A stretch of DNA of 64,000 nt. Origin: an uncultured delta proteobacterium (GTDB taxonomy: Bacteria > Myxococcota_A > Polyangia > Fen-1088). How positions within the stretch are numbered: position 1 is the first letter of the stretch; each line of letters begins with the position of its first letter. The notes below the pieces were generated by a model. The model made no database searches and was not told where the DNA came from. It worked only from the letters and a program-made list of their open reading frames with translations. Shown piece by piece: positions 1-7,871 of this stretch. Made by a program: the position numbers and the translations under genes. The stretch covers positions 32,001 to 96,000 of the forward strand of contig CAVWIP010000010.1 in NCBI GenBank assembly GCA_963755125.1, given 5' to 3'.

Positions 1-65
1 TGCGCGTCCCTGCTTTCGAACTCTTGCAAAAGTGCGGCGAAATCTTCTTCTTGCGGTGGCTTCAT
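1..65 (-). CDS. 5' end of a gene running off the window; N-terminus resembles S1 RNA-binding/ribosomal protein S1-like proteins
   Basis: Minus-strand read MKPPQEEDFAALLQEFESRDA, with an alternative in-frame ATG at 77. The 'EEDFAALL' start is typical of S1-domain proteins, but only about 21 codons are visible. Confidence 0.4.
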   Translation of the reverse strand, partial: MKPPQEEDFAALLQEFESRDA

Positions 66-267
66 TGTCCTCTTCATACCATCACGCAGGCGTGCTTGCC
101 GGCCTTCAGGCGCGGCGCGCACCGGCGCATGACTGATTCGAGATGCAACTCCTTCACCGAGGCAGGGCGATGTGGTCTATGCTGACGTCTTGCCTGGCTC
201 AGCCGAAGGCCCGAAGAACGAACGGTATGGTTGTCGTCTCGCGTTCAAGCGGCCGGCAGGAGAACCG

Positions 268-552
268 ATGATAAAAGCAATGGGTCGGACGAAAACGCGT
301 CCGGTGTCGCGCAGAAGTACCGGCGTGCCTGTGCCCGTCCACCGGCTCGATCAAACCCACGAGGTCCCCGCCGTCTCACGCGAGAGTGGGAAGGTGTGCG
401 CGAGGGCGCCAAGCGCCGCTCCCCAGCAGGTGATCCCCATCGAAGAAACCGTGCCGGTCCAGTCCTGCATCGAGCGCACGCTCCTGCACGAGGCCCTGCG
501 CCAGCAGTCAGCCGAGAAGGACGAAGAGCACAGGAACGGCAAGGGACGGTAG
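268..552 (+). CDS. Hypothetical protein (~94 aa)
   Basis: ATG at 268 preceded by AGGAG; in frame with track ORF 172..552; no recognisable motif. Confidence 0.4.
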   Translation: MIKAMGRTKTRPVSRRSTGVPVPVHRLDQTHEVPAVSRESGKVCARAPSAAPQQVIPIEETVPVQSCIERTLLHEALRQQSAEKDEEHRNGKGR

Positions 553-569
553 TGCGGCTCAAATGATCT

Positions 570-642
570 GGGAACCCTAAGAGGGATCCCATTCCCTCGC
601 GCGATGGTGCGCGGCGAGCATAGCTCCCCGGCTCCCCACGCG
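570..642. repeat. Single copy of a dispersed palindromic (REP/MITE-like) repeat
   Basis: Ungapped 57/72 match between 571-642 and 43007-43078. Hairpins GGGAACCCT-aag-AGGGATCCC and CGGCGAGC-ata-GCTCCCCG. Confidence 0.8.
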
Positions 643-647
643 ACTAA

Positions 648-675
648 TTGCAAGGTCAGCCGGGACGGGTAATCT
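648..675 (+). promoter_or_regulatory. Putative sigma70 promoter, possibly giving a leaderless padR transcript
   Basis: TTGCAA (648-653), 16 nt spacer, TAATCT (670-675); ATG at 682 with no Shine-Dalgarno sequence. Confidence 0.4.
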
Positions 676-681
676 ACTAGC

Positions 682-984
682 ATGCCCACGGCGCTGACCC
701 CTCAGGCGGCCCTTCTGCGCGTTCTCATAACCGGTGAAGGGTACGCGCTGGATCTCATGCGACGCATAAGCGAATGGACGAATGGCAAAATGTTGCTCGA
801 CGACCAGGCCTTCTATCCCGCCATGCGCGCGCTCGAGACCCACAGCTTGGTCGAGAGCTACATGAGCGAGCCCAGTGGTCAGCGCGGCGGACAGCCGCGC
901 CGCTACTACAAGCTCACCGCCGCGGGCCAGAAGGCGGCGCTGGAAGTGCTGACCGCGTCGCTGACCGGCAAGGTTGTGTTCTGA
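682..984 (+). CDS. PadR family transcriptional regulator
   Basis: GEGYALDLM...FYPAMRALE...LVES...PRRYYKLTAAG is a PadR winged-helix signature. Confidence 0.9.
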   Translation: MPTALTPQAALLRVLITGEGYALDLMRRISEWTNGKMLLDDQAFYPAMRALETHSLVESYMSEPSGQRGGQPRRYYKLTAAGQKAALEVLTASLTGKVVF

Positions 985-993
985 GATCTGGGC

Positions 994-1671
994 TCACTTG
1001 CCCACCAGGAAAAAGGCCGCCAGCGCCGCAGCCCCGGCGGCCAGGACAGCCACGACCACGACGAGAATCGTTTTGTTCGATCGGGCGGGGATGGCAGCTT
1101 CATCGGCCGCGATGTCATCCCTGACTGGGACGCGCTTGGCGGTGCGGGCGATTCGCGCGGATGTCGCCGGCCGAGCCGTGCCCGCCGCAGTCGGCCGCGC
1201 CGGTGCAATCCCGCTTGCGCGGGCAACCTCAGGCGCGCGCGCGGCATCGCCCAGCGTGGGGCGCGCCCCGGGCAGGGGTGCGTCGCCGACGGTGAACTGG
1301 AACTCGAACTGATCGAAGAAACTCTTCAGCTTCCTTGTCATCTCGTCGTACTGGGCGGGCGTGACGGGGAAGCTGCCAGCGCGAAAGCGTTTCTTGTAGG
1401 TGTCGGCCACCGAGGCATAGGGGCGCAACTCGACCAGATGGTCGAGTTGGTAGGCAGTTCCGATGACCACGGTGGGACCGCCGCCCTCGGGCACGATCGA
1501 CACGTGCTGCATGGCCAGGCGGCCTCCGTCGGTGGACTCCTCGGTCGGCGCCGACAATTCCAGTCGGCAGATCACCGGCCCCACGATGGGCTCCTTGCCA
1601 ACGGTGTACTTGAACACCTCGGCCAGGGCCACCGACTTGCCCGCATACACGGTGAACTTGCCGTCTTCCAT
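994..1671 (-). CDS. Hypothetical protein with C-terminal transmembrane anchor
   Basis: 225 aa: globular N-terminus, Ala/Pro/Arg linker, hydrophobic tail TILVVVVAVLAAGAAALAAFFLV. Confidence 0.7.
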   Translation of the reverse strand: MEDGKFTVYAGKSVALAEVFKYTVGKEPIVGPVICRLELSAPTEESTDGGRLAMQHVSIVPEGGGPTVVIGTAYQLDHLVELRPYASVADTYKKRFRAGSFPVTPAQYDEMTRKLKSFFDQFEFQFTVGDAPLPGARPTLGDAARAPEVARASGIAPARPTAAGTARPATSARIARTAKRVPVRDDIAADEAAIPARSNKTILVVVVAVLAAGAAALAAFFLVGK

Positions 1672-1862
1672 GCAATGCTCCGATTATAGCTGCGATCGGC
1701 GGAGTACCACCAGGCTCACCTCGGCGGTCACGGCGAAAAACTGAAGCGTGGGCGGACGCAGGGCCCAACCAGTCTCACGGGCAAGCCTCGCACCCGGCTG
1801 GCTTGCTGCTCAAAAGTAACCTCACCGCCATGCAGGCATCCAAAAGTCAGGGTAGCCCGAAG

Positions 1863-2231
1863 ATGTCGACTCGTACCGTGAATGACGAGAGTTTTCCGAC
1901 CCTGCTCAAGAATGGGATCGTATTCGTGGATTGGTGGGCTCCTTGGTGCGGGCCGTGCCGCGCGTTTGGCCCCATCTTCGACAGGGTGGCCGATGACAAC
2001 CCGGATGTGGTGTTCGCCAAAGTCAACGCGGAAGAACACCCGGACCTAGCCATATCCTTTGGCATCCGGGCCATCCCCACTCTCATGGTCTTCCGCGACG
2101 GCATCTTGGTCTTCGCCCAGGTCGGGGCCATTCCCGAGGAGGCCCTGCAGGCGCTTGCAGGCCGGGTCAAGGACCTGGACATGGATCGAGTCCGCGCGCA
2201 GGTAGCCGCGAACGCAAAGATGCAAAACTGA
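1863..2231 (+). CDS. trxA: Thioredoxin
   Basis: DWWAPWCGPC active site and IRAIPTL cis-Pro loop; start trimmed to ATG 1863. Confidence 0.92.
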   Translation: MSTRTVNDESFPTLLKNGIVFVDWWAPWCGPCRAFGPIFDRVADDNPDVVFAKVNAEEHPDLAISFGIRAIPTLMVFRDGILVFAQVGAIPEEALQALAGRVKDLDMDRVRAQVAANAKMQN

Positions 2232-2251
2232 CTTCCACGAACTTCCGGCGT

Positions 2252-5200
2252 CTACCCTCCCCGCTTGCTCCGCGCAGCCATGCCTTCCAGCGTGCGATGC
2301 CACAGAAAATAGGCGAGTGCCTCGGCGCCTGCGTTCGCGCCGGCAAGCCGTACGGCCTGCAGGTGAAGCAAGACCGACAACTTCCGTTGCAAGCTCGCGC
2401 ACAGATCGGCATCCAGCGACTTTGCCACTGACGCGGCAGTCTTCTTCAAAGACATGAGCGCGGGTGCGAGCACGTCGTCATCCTTGCTTGCGAGCCAGGC
2501 AAAGAGCTGCCGCGACCGGTGTCGATATTCTTGTCGCGCATGCTCCTCGTCGAGAGAGCCCGCGCGCGCGCAAGCCGCGCGACACCGCCGCGCCAATTCC
2601 ACGCGCACTTCTAGGTCCAATCCCAACCCGATGGCCATGGCGTCAGCGGCGCGCACCGCGCTGGCCACGCGATCGGCCTGCAGTGCACCCCGATCTTCGG
2701 CTTGAAGAACGGCCACGACCAGTTCGCTGCTGGCCTGAAACAGCCGCTCCACCGCACGCATGAGCACCACCCCGCCGTAGCGCGCAGTCTCGCGGAAGTA
2801 TTCGCCTGTCTCCACTCCAACCACGTTGCCGCCCACACGCAGCGGCGCGAGGGCGCGCCGCACCCGACGAGTGAAGCTTTCGGCCTTGCGCTCGGAACCC
2901 GCGTGGGCGCGCACGCGCAGATGGTGGCGTCGACCCGGCTCGTCGACGTAGGGCAAGAAAAACCACGCGTCGATCTCTCTCTCGTCGAGCGCATCCTTGA
3001 TCGCCGGACCCACGGCTTCGAAAAGCACAGCGTCCTGGCGCTCGACAGGGCCGTACAAGCGAAAGCTGAGCCAGTGCTCGACGGGCGGCGCCTGGGCCGG
3101 GGCCGGCACGCGACCCGCAGCACGGGTCGCCCCGATGGCAGCGGTGAGGCCATCAATTTCATCGGCCTCGGGCAAGCGGGCTACCGCCACAACCGCTTCC
3201 ACACGACGGCCACCAGCATCCGGCAAGTCAGCGAGAGGCGGCCAGATCTCGAAAACCCGGCCGCCGGAAAAACGCGCCAGTTCCGCGCCTGCGCCAGCCG
3301 CGCGCAGATCCAGATAGAGCAGTTCGTCGCCCTGGCCGGCCTGCACGGCTGCGGGAACGTGGTTCCGGCGGCGCCAGCGCGCGAGGGCGCCGGGCCGTGC
3401 GATATCCGCGGCGGAAGGAACGCGCCAGCTGGCGGGCGCCACCACGAAACCGTCGAGAACCACGCGCGGCAGAAAGCTCAGCCCGGCAAGCGCGCCCCAC
3501 GAGAAGGCCCAGGGCGCTTGTTGGCGCGCGAACGACCAGCCGGCCAGCAAGCGATAGATCCCGGACGGCGCCGTCGCTGAGCGCACGCGATGCACCGGGC
3601 TGGGTGCCACCGGCTGCGAGGTCTGGTCTCGCAAGGCCAGCGGCTCTGCGGCGGCCGGATCCACCACCAGCGCAAGTTGTCCCGGAGTCACTGCCGCGCC
3701 CTCGGGCCAGCCCACCAGCGCCAGCGCGGCCTCGCGCACCGGCGGATGTGCGCACAGATCCGCCAGCGCAGGCGACGGCGCGTAGGTCACGTCCAGCGCT
3801 CTCTCGCGGGGACGCGCCTGCTCCTCGGCCGTAGCCAACTCGGCCAGCGCTTCGCGCATCGGCACCCCCAGCGCGCCGGCAAAGCGTCCCCAGGTAGCGC
3901 CACCGGGCGCGTGCAGGCCGAGCAACCAGCCGGTACCGGGCGCCGCACGCGGCGGCTCGCGGGCTGGCGACAAAAACAGTTCGAAGGTCGACGGCATTCC
4001 GAGCGCAGGCAAGATCGAGTCGAGCGCCACCGGATCGAGCGTGATCTCGGATTCGCCGGCTGCTGCGGCTTGCGCGACCGCATCGGCCAAAAAAGCGAGC
4101 ACCTCACGTCCGCCGTCGCCTATCGCCGGCTCCTCGTCTGTCTCGGCCAGCGCACTGCCATAGCCTCCGGTGGCCAAGGCTTCCAGGTCCAACGCGCCCG
4201 CGCCGAAGACCTCGACCATGGAATCGATCTGCTCGATCAGGCCAGCATCGCAAACGCGCTCTGCCACCGGACCAGCCAGCGCCTCTTGCAGGCGCAACAA
4301 AAGCGGCGCGCAGGCTGCCGCTCGCGCAACCGCTTGCCGCGAAAGCATTGGCTCGCCACACGGGCGGTGGAAAAGTGTGCCCGTCAGGTCGGTCGCTGAC
4401 TCGCTGGCGCCGGGGAGTCTGGCCAGGGCAGCGCGAGTTCCGGCCAGGTCGGTCGGCGACAGCGACTGGAGTCGCTCGCGGATCGGATCGACCACGGCAT
4501 CGACTTCGGCCGGCAGGCGCGCCAAACGCTGGGCGAACCACTGCGCCGGCGGCGGCCCCACCAAAGGCGGCGCGAGATCGTGGCAAAGCACGCCGCGGTC
4601 GATGAGCACGAGCAACAGCTCGTCCACATCGCCTGCCTCGCCACTGGCCGCAGCCTCGACCGACCCGCCGACCGCAGCCCAAGGCGTCCAATCTTGCGCG
4701 CCTTCGATCACGGCGGCCAGCACAGCGTCGACGTCGCTGAAGCGCACCTCAAGGCCGTCGCGGCCGAGACCCAGCCAGACAGCCTGCGCGCCCGCGGCCA
4801 TCAGCGAAGGCGCAATTCGCAGCCTCACGGCAAAGCGCAGCTCGGGCTCGTCGAGCAGCGCGCGCCCCAAAGCAGCCACTCGCTCCCAGGTCGGAGCCAC
4901 CACAGCCTCGACCTCGTCGGTCTCAAGGCGCGTGCGCGGGCCCAGCCTGCCCATGGCCACGCCCGCCAACAGGCCGGTGGGAGTGGGTCGAAAGGCGGCG
5001 CGGCGGGCGTAACGGGAAAGCGCGGCTGCGGCGGCCGGGCCGGCGTCTCGCTGCGATGCCGCTGCCAGATCGGGACTGGCAAGCTGCACGGCCATCGCAC
5101 CGAAGGGATGCCTCCGCAGAGCCGTTCGCGGATTCCGCAAGCCGCGCACCGGAAGCAGCGGCGCGCGCAGCAAAAAGCGTGAGATCGCGTGGAACGACAT
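2252..5200 (-). CDS. lanB: LanB-type (class I lanthipeptide) dehydratase with glutamylation and C-terminal elimination (thiopeptide-type) domains
   Basis: FLLRAPLLP; RYARRAAFRPTPTGLLAGV (YxxRxxxRxTPxG); FLPRVVLDGFVVAPASW; WLSFRLYG; WFFLPYVD..HHLRVR; YFRETARYGG; LHLQAVRL. About 982 aa from ATG 5200. Confidence 0.85.
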   Translation of the reverse strand: MSFHAISRFLLRAPLLPVRGLRNPRTALRRHPFGAMAVQLASPDLAAASQRDAGPAAAAALSRYARRAAFRPTPTGLLAGVAMGRLGPRTRLETDEVEAVVAPTWERVAALGRALLDEPELRFAVRLRIAPSLMAAGAQAVWLGLGRDGLEVRFSDVDAVLAAVIEGAQDWTPWAAVGGSVEAAASGEAGDVDELLLVLIDRGVLCHDLAPPLVGPPPAQWFAQRLARLPAEVDAVVDPIRERLQSLSPTDLAGTRAALARLPGASESATDLTGTLFHRPCGEPMLSRQAVARAAACAPLLLRLQEALAGPVAERVCDAGLIEQIDSMVEVFGAGALDLEALATGGYGSALAETDEEPAIGDGGREVLAFLADAVAQAAAAGESEITLDPVALDSILPALGMPSTFELFLSPAREPPRAAPGTGWLLGLHAPGGATWGRFAGALGVPMREALAELATAEEQARPRERALDVTYAPSPALADLCAHPPVREAALALVGWPEGAAVTPGQLALVVDPAAAEPLALRDQTSQPVAPSPVHRVRSATAPSGIYRLLAGWSFARQQAPWAFSWGALAGLSFLPRVVLDGFVVAPASWRVPSAADIARPGALARWRRRNHVPAAVQAGQGDELLYLDLRAAGAGAELARFSGGRVFEIWPPLADLPDAGGRRVEAVVAVARLPEADEIDGLTAAIGATRAAGRVPAPAQAPPVEHWLSFRLYGPVERQDAVLFEAVGPAIKDALDEREIDAWFFLPYVDEPGRRHHLRVRAHAGSERKAESFTRRVRRALAPLRVGGNVVGVETGEYFRETARYGGVVLMRAVERLFQASSELVVAVLQAEDRGALQADRVASAVRAADAMAIGLGLDLEVRVELARRCRAACARAGSLDEEHARQEYRHRSRQLFAWLASKDDDVLAPALMSLKKTAASVAKSLDADLCASLQRKLSVLLHLQAVRLAGANAGAEALAYFLWHRTLEGMAARSKRGG

Positions 5201-5211
5201 GGACGGAAAAC

Positions 5212-6441
5212 CTACACCGCGGGGAAGGAAGTCGACAGCAGCTGCTCTACCACCAGGCACAGGCCAGCCAGGCGGGCGCCGCCGCGGCCCGCGCCGAACG
5301 GCTCGGGCACTGGTATCTGCATGTGTGGCAGGCAGTCCTCGATGGTGCCGGTGCGTTTCTTGAGAACCGCGCCAGCAAGTGCGCGGGCGTCGTAGCGCGG
5401 CCAGGGTAGAACCAGACCGTCAGCCGCCAGGGTATCCACCGGGAAATGTCCCCACGACACGATGACATCGCTGGGGCGCAAGAACGCCTGCCAGCGCACC
5501 GCGAATGATTTCCAGCTCTCGCCTGCCAGCAGCGCGCCACTGCCCAGACGAATATGGAAGGGCGTGGTTGGTGCCAGACTGTGGCGCGGGGCGATCACCG
5601 CCTCGAAGCATTCGCCGCTCGACAGCCGATGCGCCAGCCAGTGCACGATCTCGGCCGGGTGGCGGGTCGGCGAATGGCGCGGCCAAGTGTTCGCCTCGCC
5701 GTGCACGCACAGGATGTCGGCCCGGCGCTCGCGCAGCAGCGGCGGGATCGGGCTGCGCGGCGACCGGCTGTTGCGGCGCGAGTACAGGCGGTGCCGGCCG
5801 CCCGAGCTGGCCTGGACGTAGCGGATCTGCATGTCCACCATGGCGTGAAACGGCCGCAGCAGCGCCTGGAAGCGCTCGCGGTCGCCCTCCAGGTGGCCGA
5901 GCACATGGGCCAGCGCCTCGATGGTGGCCATGCAGTGAAAGGCAGGCTCGCGCCGGATGGGGTTGTACGCACTCTCCTTGGGCGGAGTGAAGCGCAACTG
6001 CGGCAGGCGCAGCAGGGCCGGGTTGGCCTTGAGCAGCCTCTGCGCCTGGCCCCAGGTGCCGTCGACGAGAATCAGGGTCATGGGCTGCCCAGGCACAACG
6101 GACTCCACGTCGCGCGCCATCGGTCCCGGATAGATGACGTGGGTCTCGCCGCTGTCCAGCGCGGCTTGCACCACGGGATCATCAGAAAAATCGATGCCCA
6201 CGCGCAACACGGCGCCGGGCAGACAAAGCCGCGCAATGCGCGCGGTGCCGATGCCCACGTCGCGCTCGCGCGGGTGTTGCAGGACGATCACCCGCGTGCG
6301 GGTTTGCAGAGGCGTGATGTGCGCGCAGTAGCAAACGGTCGTGGGCCGGCGGCAACGCTCGCACAGAGCGCGCGGCGCGGGTCCGGCGGGGATGGCCAGG
6401 GTGCGCCTTGAGGGAGCAGAGGGCGGAACAGACTCGGGCAC
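5212..6441 (-). CDS. DTW-domain tRNA-uridine aminocarboxypropyltransferase (TapT-like) with an extra C-terminal domain
   Basis: CERCRRP...CYC, LQHPRE, GTAR, LILVDGTW, IRREP, ATIEAL; ~165 aa C-terminal extension. Confidence 0.85.
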   Translation of the reverse strand: MPESVPPSAPSRRTLAIPAGPAPRALCERCRRPTTVCYCAHITPLQTRTRVIVLQHPRERDVGIGTARIARLCLPGAVLRVGIDFSDDPVVQAALDSGETHVIYPGPMARDVESVVPGQPMTLILVDGTWGQAQRLLKANPALLRLPQLRFTPPKESAYNPIRREPAFHCMATIEALAHVLGHLEGDRERFQALLRPFHAMVDMQIRYVQASSGGRHRLYSRRNSRSPRSPIPPLLRERRADILCVHGEANTWPRHSPTRHPAEIVHWLAHRLSSGECFEAVIAPRHSLAPTTPFHIRLGSGALLAGESWKSFAVRWQAFLRPSDVIVSWGHFPVDTLAADGLVLPWPRYDARALAGAVLKKRTGTIEDCLPHMQIPVPEPFGAGRGGARLAGLCLVVEQLLSTSFPAV

Positions 6442-6490
6442 AGGTCAAGCCATAGTACACACCACGCGCCCAGGCCAGGACCAGCTACAG

Positions 6491-7867
6491 CTACTTCCGC
6501 GGCGGCAGGCGCAGAACCGCCCCGAAGAAGCCGTCGCTGCCGTGGCGATGGGGAAACAGTTTCAAGTACGTCCCGTCGCCCAGACGGCTTGCCCTCTCCC
6601 TGCCCCATATCTCCTTGAGCGGCATGAGCGCGAAGTCCGGCCTCTCGGCCAGGAATCGTTCGACCACCGCTTCGTTCTCCTGCCGAAGCAAGGTGCAGGT
6701 CGCGTACACCAGCCGGCCACCGGGCGCCACCAAGGGCGCATAGGTCACCATGAGCGCAAGCTGCTGCGCCGGAAAACCGTCGACGGTCTTGGGCGTGAGC
6801 CGCCAGCGCGCCTCGGGATTGCGGCGCAAGGTGCCCAGGCCCGAGCAGGGCGCGTCCACCAAAACACGATCCCATGCGCCTGGCTTTGCCTCCGCTGGCA
6901 GCGCGATCCCATGCACCTCGCGTGCGGCCAGGTTCGACAAGCCCGCGCGCCGGGCGCGACGGCGCAGTTCTTCCAGCTTCTTGCCGTTGGAATCGAGCGC
7001 CAGGATGCGCCCCTGTCCGTCGAGCAGCGCGGCCAGAGCCAGGGTCTTGCCGCCCGCGCCAGCGCAGGCATCCACCACGCGGCCCCGCGGCGGCGGCGCC
7101 ACGGCTTCGGCCACCAGCTGACTCCCCTCGTCCATCACCTCGAACAGGCCGTCACGAAATGCGGACAGTCCGAAGGCATTGACCCGAGTCTCGAACAGCA
7201 GGCCTGTGGGCGACAGCTCGGTCGGCCGCGCCAGCACGCCCTCCTCGGCCAGACGAGCGATCAACTCCTCGCGCGAGGCCTTGACCCCGTTGCTGCGCAC
7301 GACAAGGGGAGCCCGGGTGTTCATGGCCGCCGCCAGCGCAAGCACATCAGCCTCGCCCATGTCCGTCACCAGGCGGTCCATCATCCAGGTCGGGTACGAC
7401 AGCCGCAAGGCCTCGCGCTCGAGACCCGCGCTGCGGCCCAAGCCCGCATCGTCTGCGGTGACCACCGCCAGGTCGACATCCCGGCGCAGAATCCGCCGCA
7501 CGTCGGCCTTCGCCGCTTCCACCGGCAGACCGTTGCGCAGCTCATAGATGAGAAGCTTCAGCTCCTGCCGGCCGGCCGGAGAGAGCGGCTCGGGCATGCC
7601 GCGGCCCTGCGCCGCCGCAACCAACTCGTCGGCCACAGCTTCCAGCCGGCGCTCCCAGCGCACCAGCCCATACACCGTCTCGGAGATCAGCCTGCGATCG
7701 CCGCTGCCGAGCTGCCGGTTAGCGCGAAACACAGTCGCGATGATGTCGGTAAGAAAACCCCACTCTGCACGCGCCTCGGCTGCGATCTCCAGGGCCAGGG
7801 CACGCGCTTGACCGCCCAGCCGGCGAGGCGTCCCCCTTCCGCCTGCGGAGTCGTTCTTTGCATTCAT
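6491..7867 (-). CDS. RsmB/NOP (Fmu/Sun) family RNA m5C methyltransferase
   Basis: MDEGSQL, DACAGAGGKT, VDAPCSGLG..RRNP, YATCT (both catalytic Cys present). Confidence 0.92.
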   Translation of the reverse strand: MNAKNDSAGGRGTPRRLGGQARALALEIAAEARAEWGFLTDIIATVFRANRQLGSGDRRLISETVYGLVRWERRLEAVADELVAAAQGRGMPEPLSPAGRQELKLLIYELRNGLPVEAAKADVRRILRRDVDLAVVTADDAGLGRSAGLEREALRLSYPTWMMDRLVTDMGEADVLALAAAMNTRAPLVVRSNGVKASREELIARLAEEGVLARPTELSPTGLLFETRVNAFGLSAFRDGLFEVMDEGSQLVAEAVAPPPRGRVVDACAGAGGKTLALAALLDGQGRILALDSNGKKLEELRRRARRAGLSNLAAREVHGIALPAEAKPGAWDRVLVDAPCSGLGTLRRNPEARWRLTPKTVDGFPAQQLALMVTYAPLVAPGGRLVYATCTLLRQENEAVVERFLAERPDFALMPLKEIWGRERASRLGDGTYLKLFPHRHGSDGFFGAVLRLPPRK

Positions 7868-7871
7868 ATTG

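Noticed and set aside
268..552. LanA precursor for the nearby LanB
   Set aside because: No leader/core organisation, no Ser/Thr/Cys-rich C-terminus, charged tail, opposite strand and separated by three genes.
2252..5200. PEARL (small LanB, peptide aminoacyl-tRNA ligase)
   Set aside because: PEARLs lack the elimination domain, which is present here with its Arg/His motifs.
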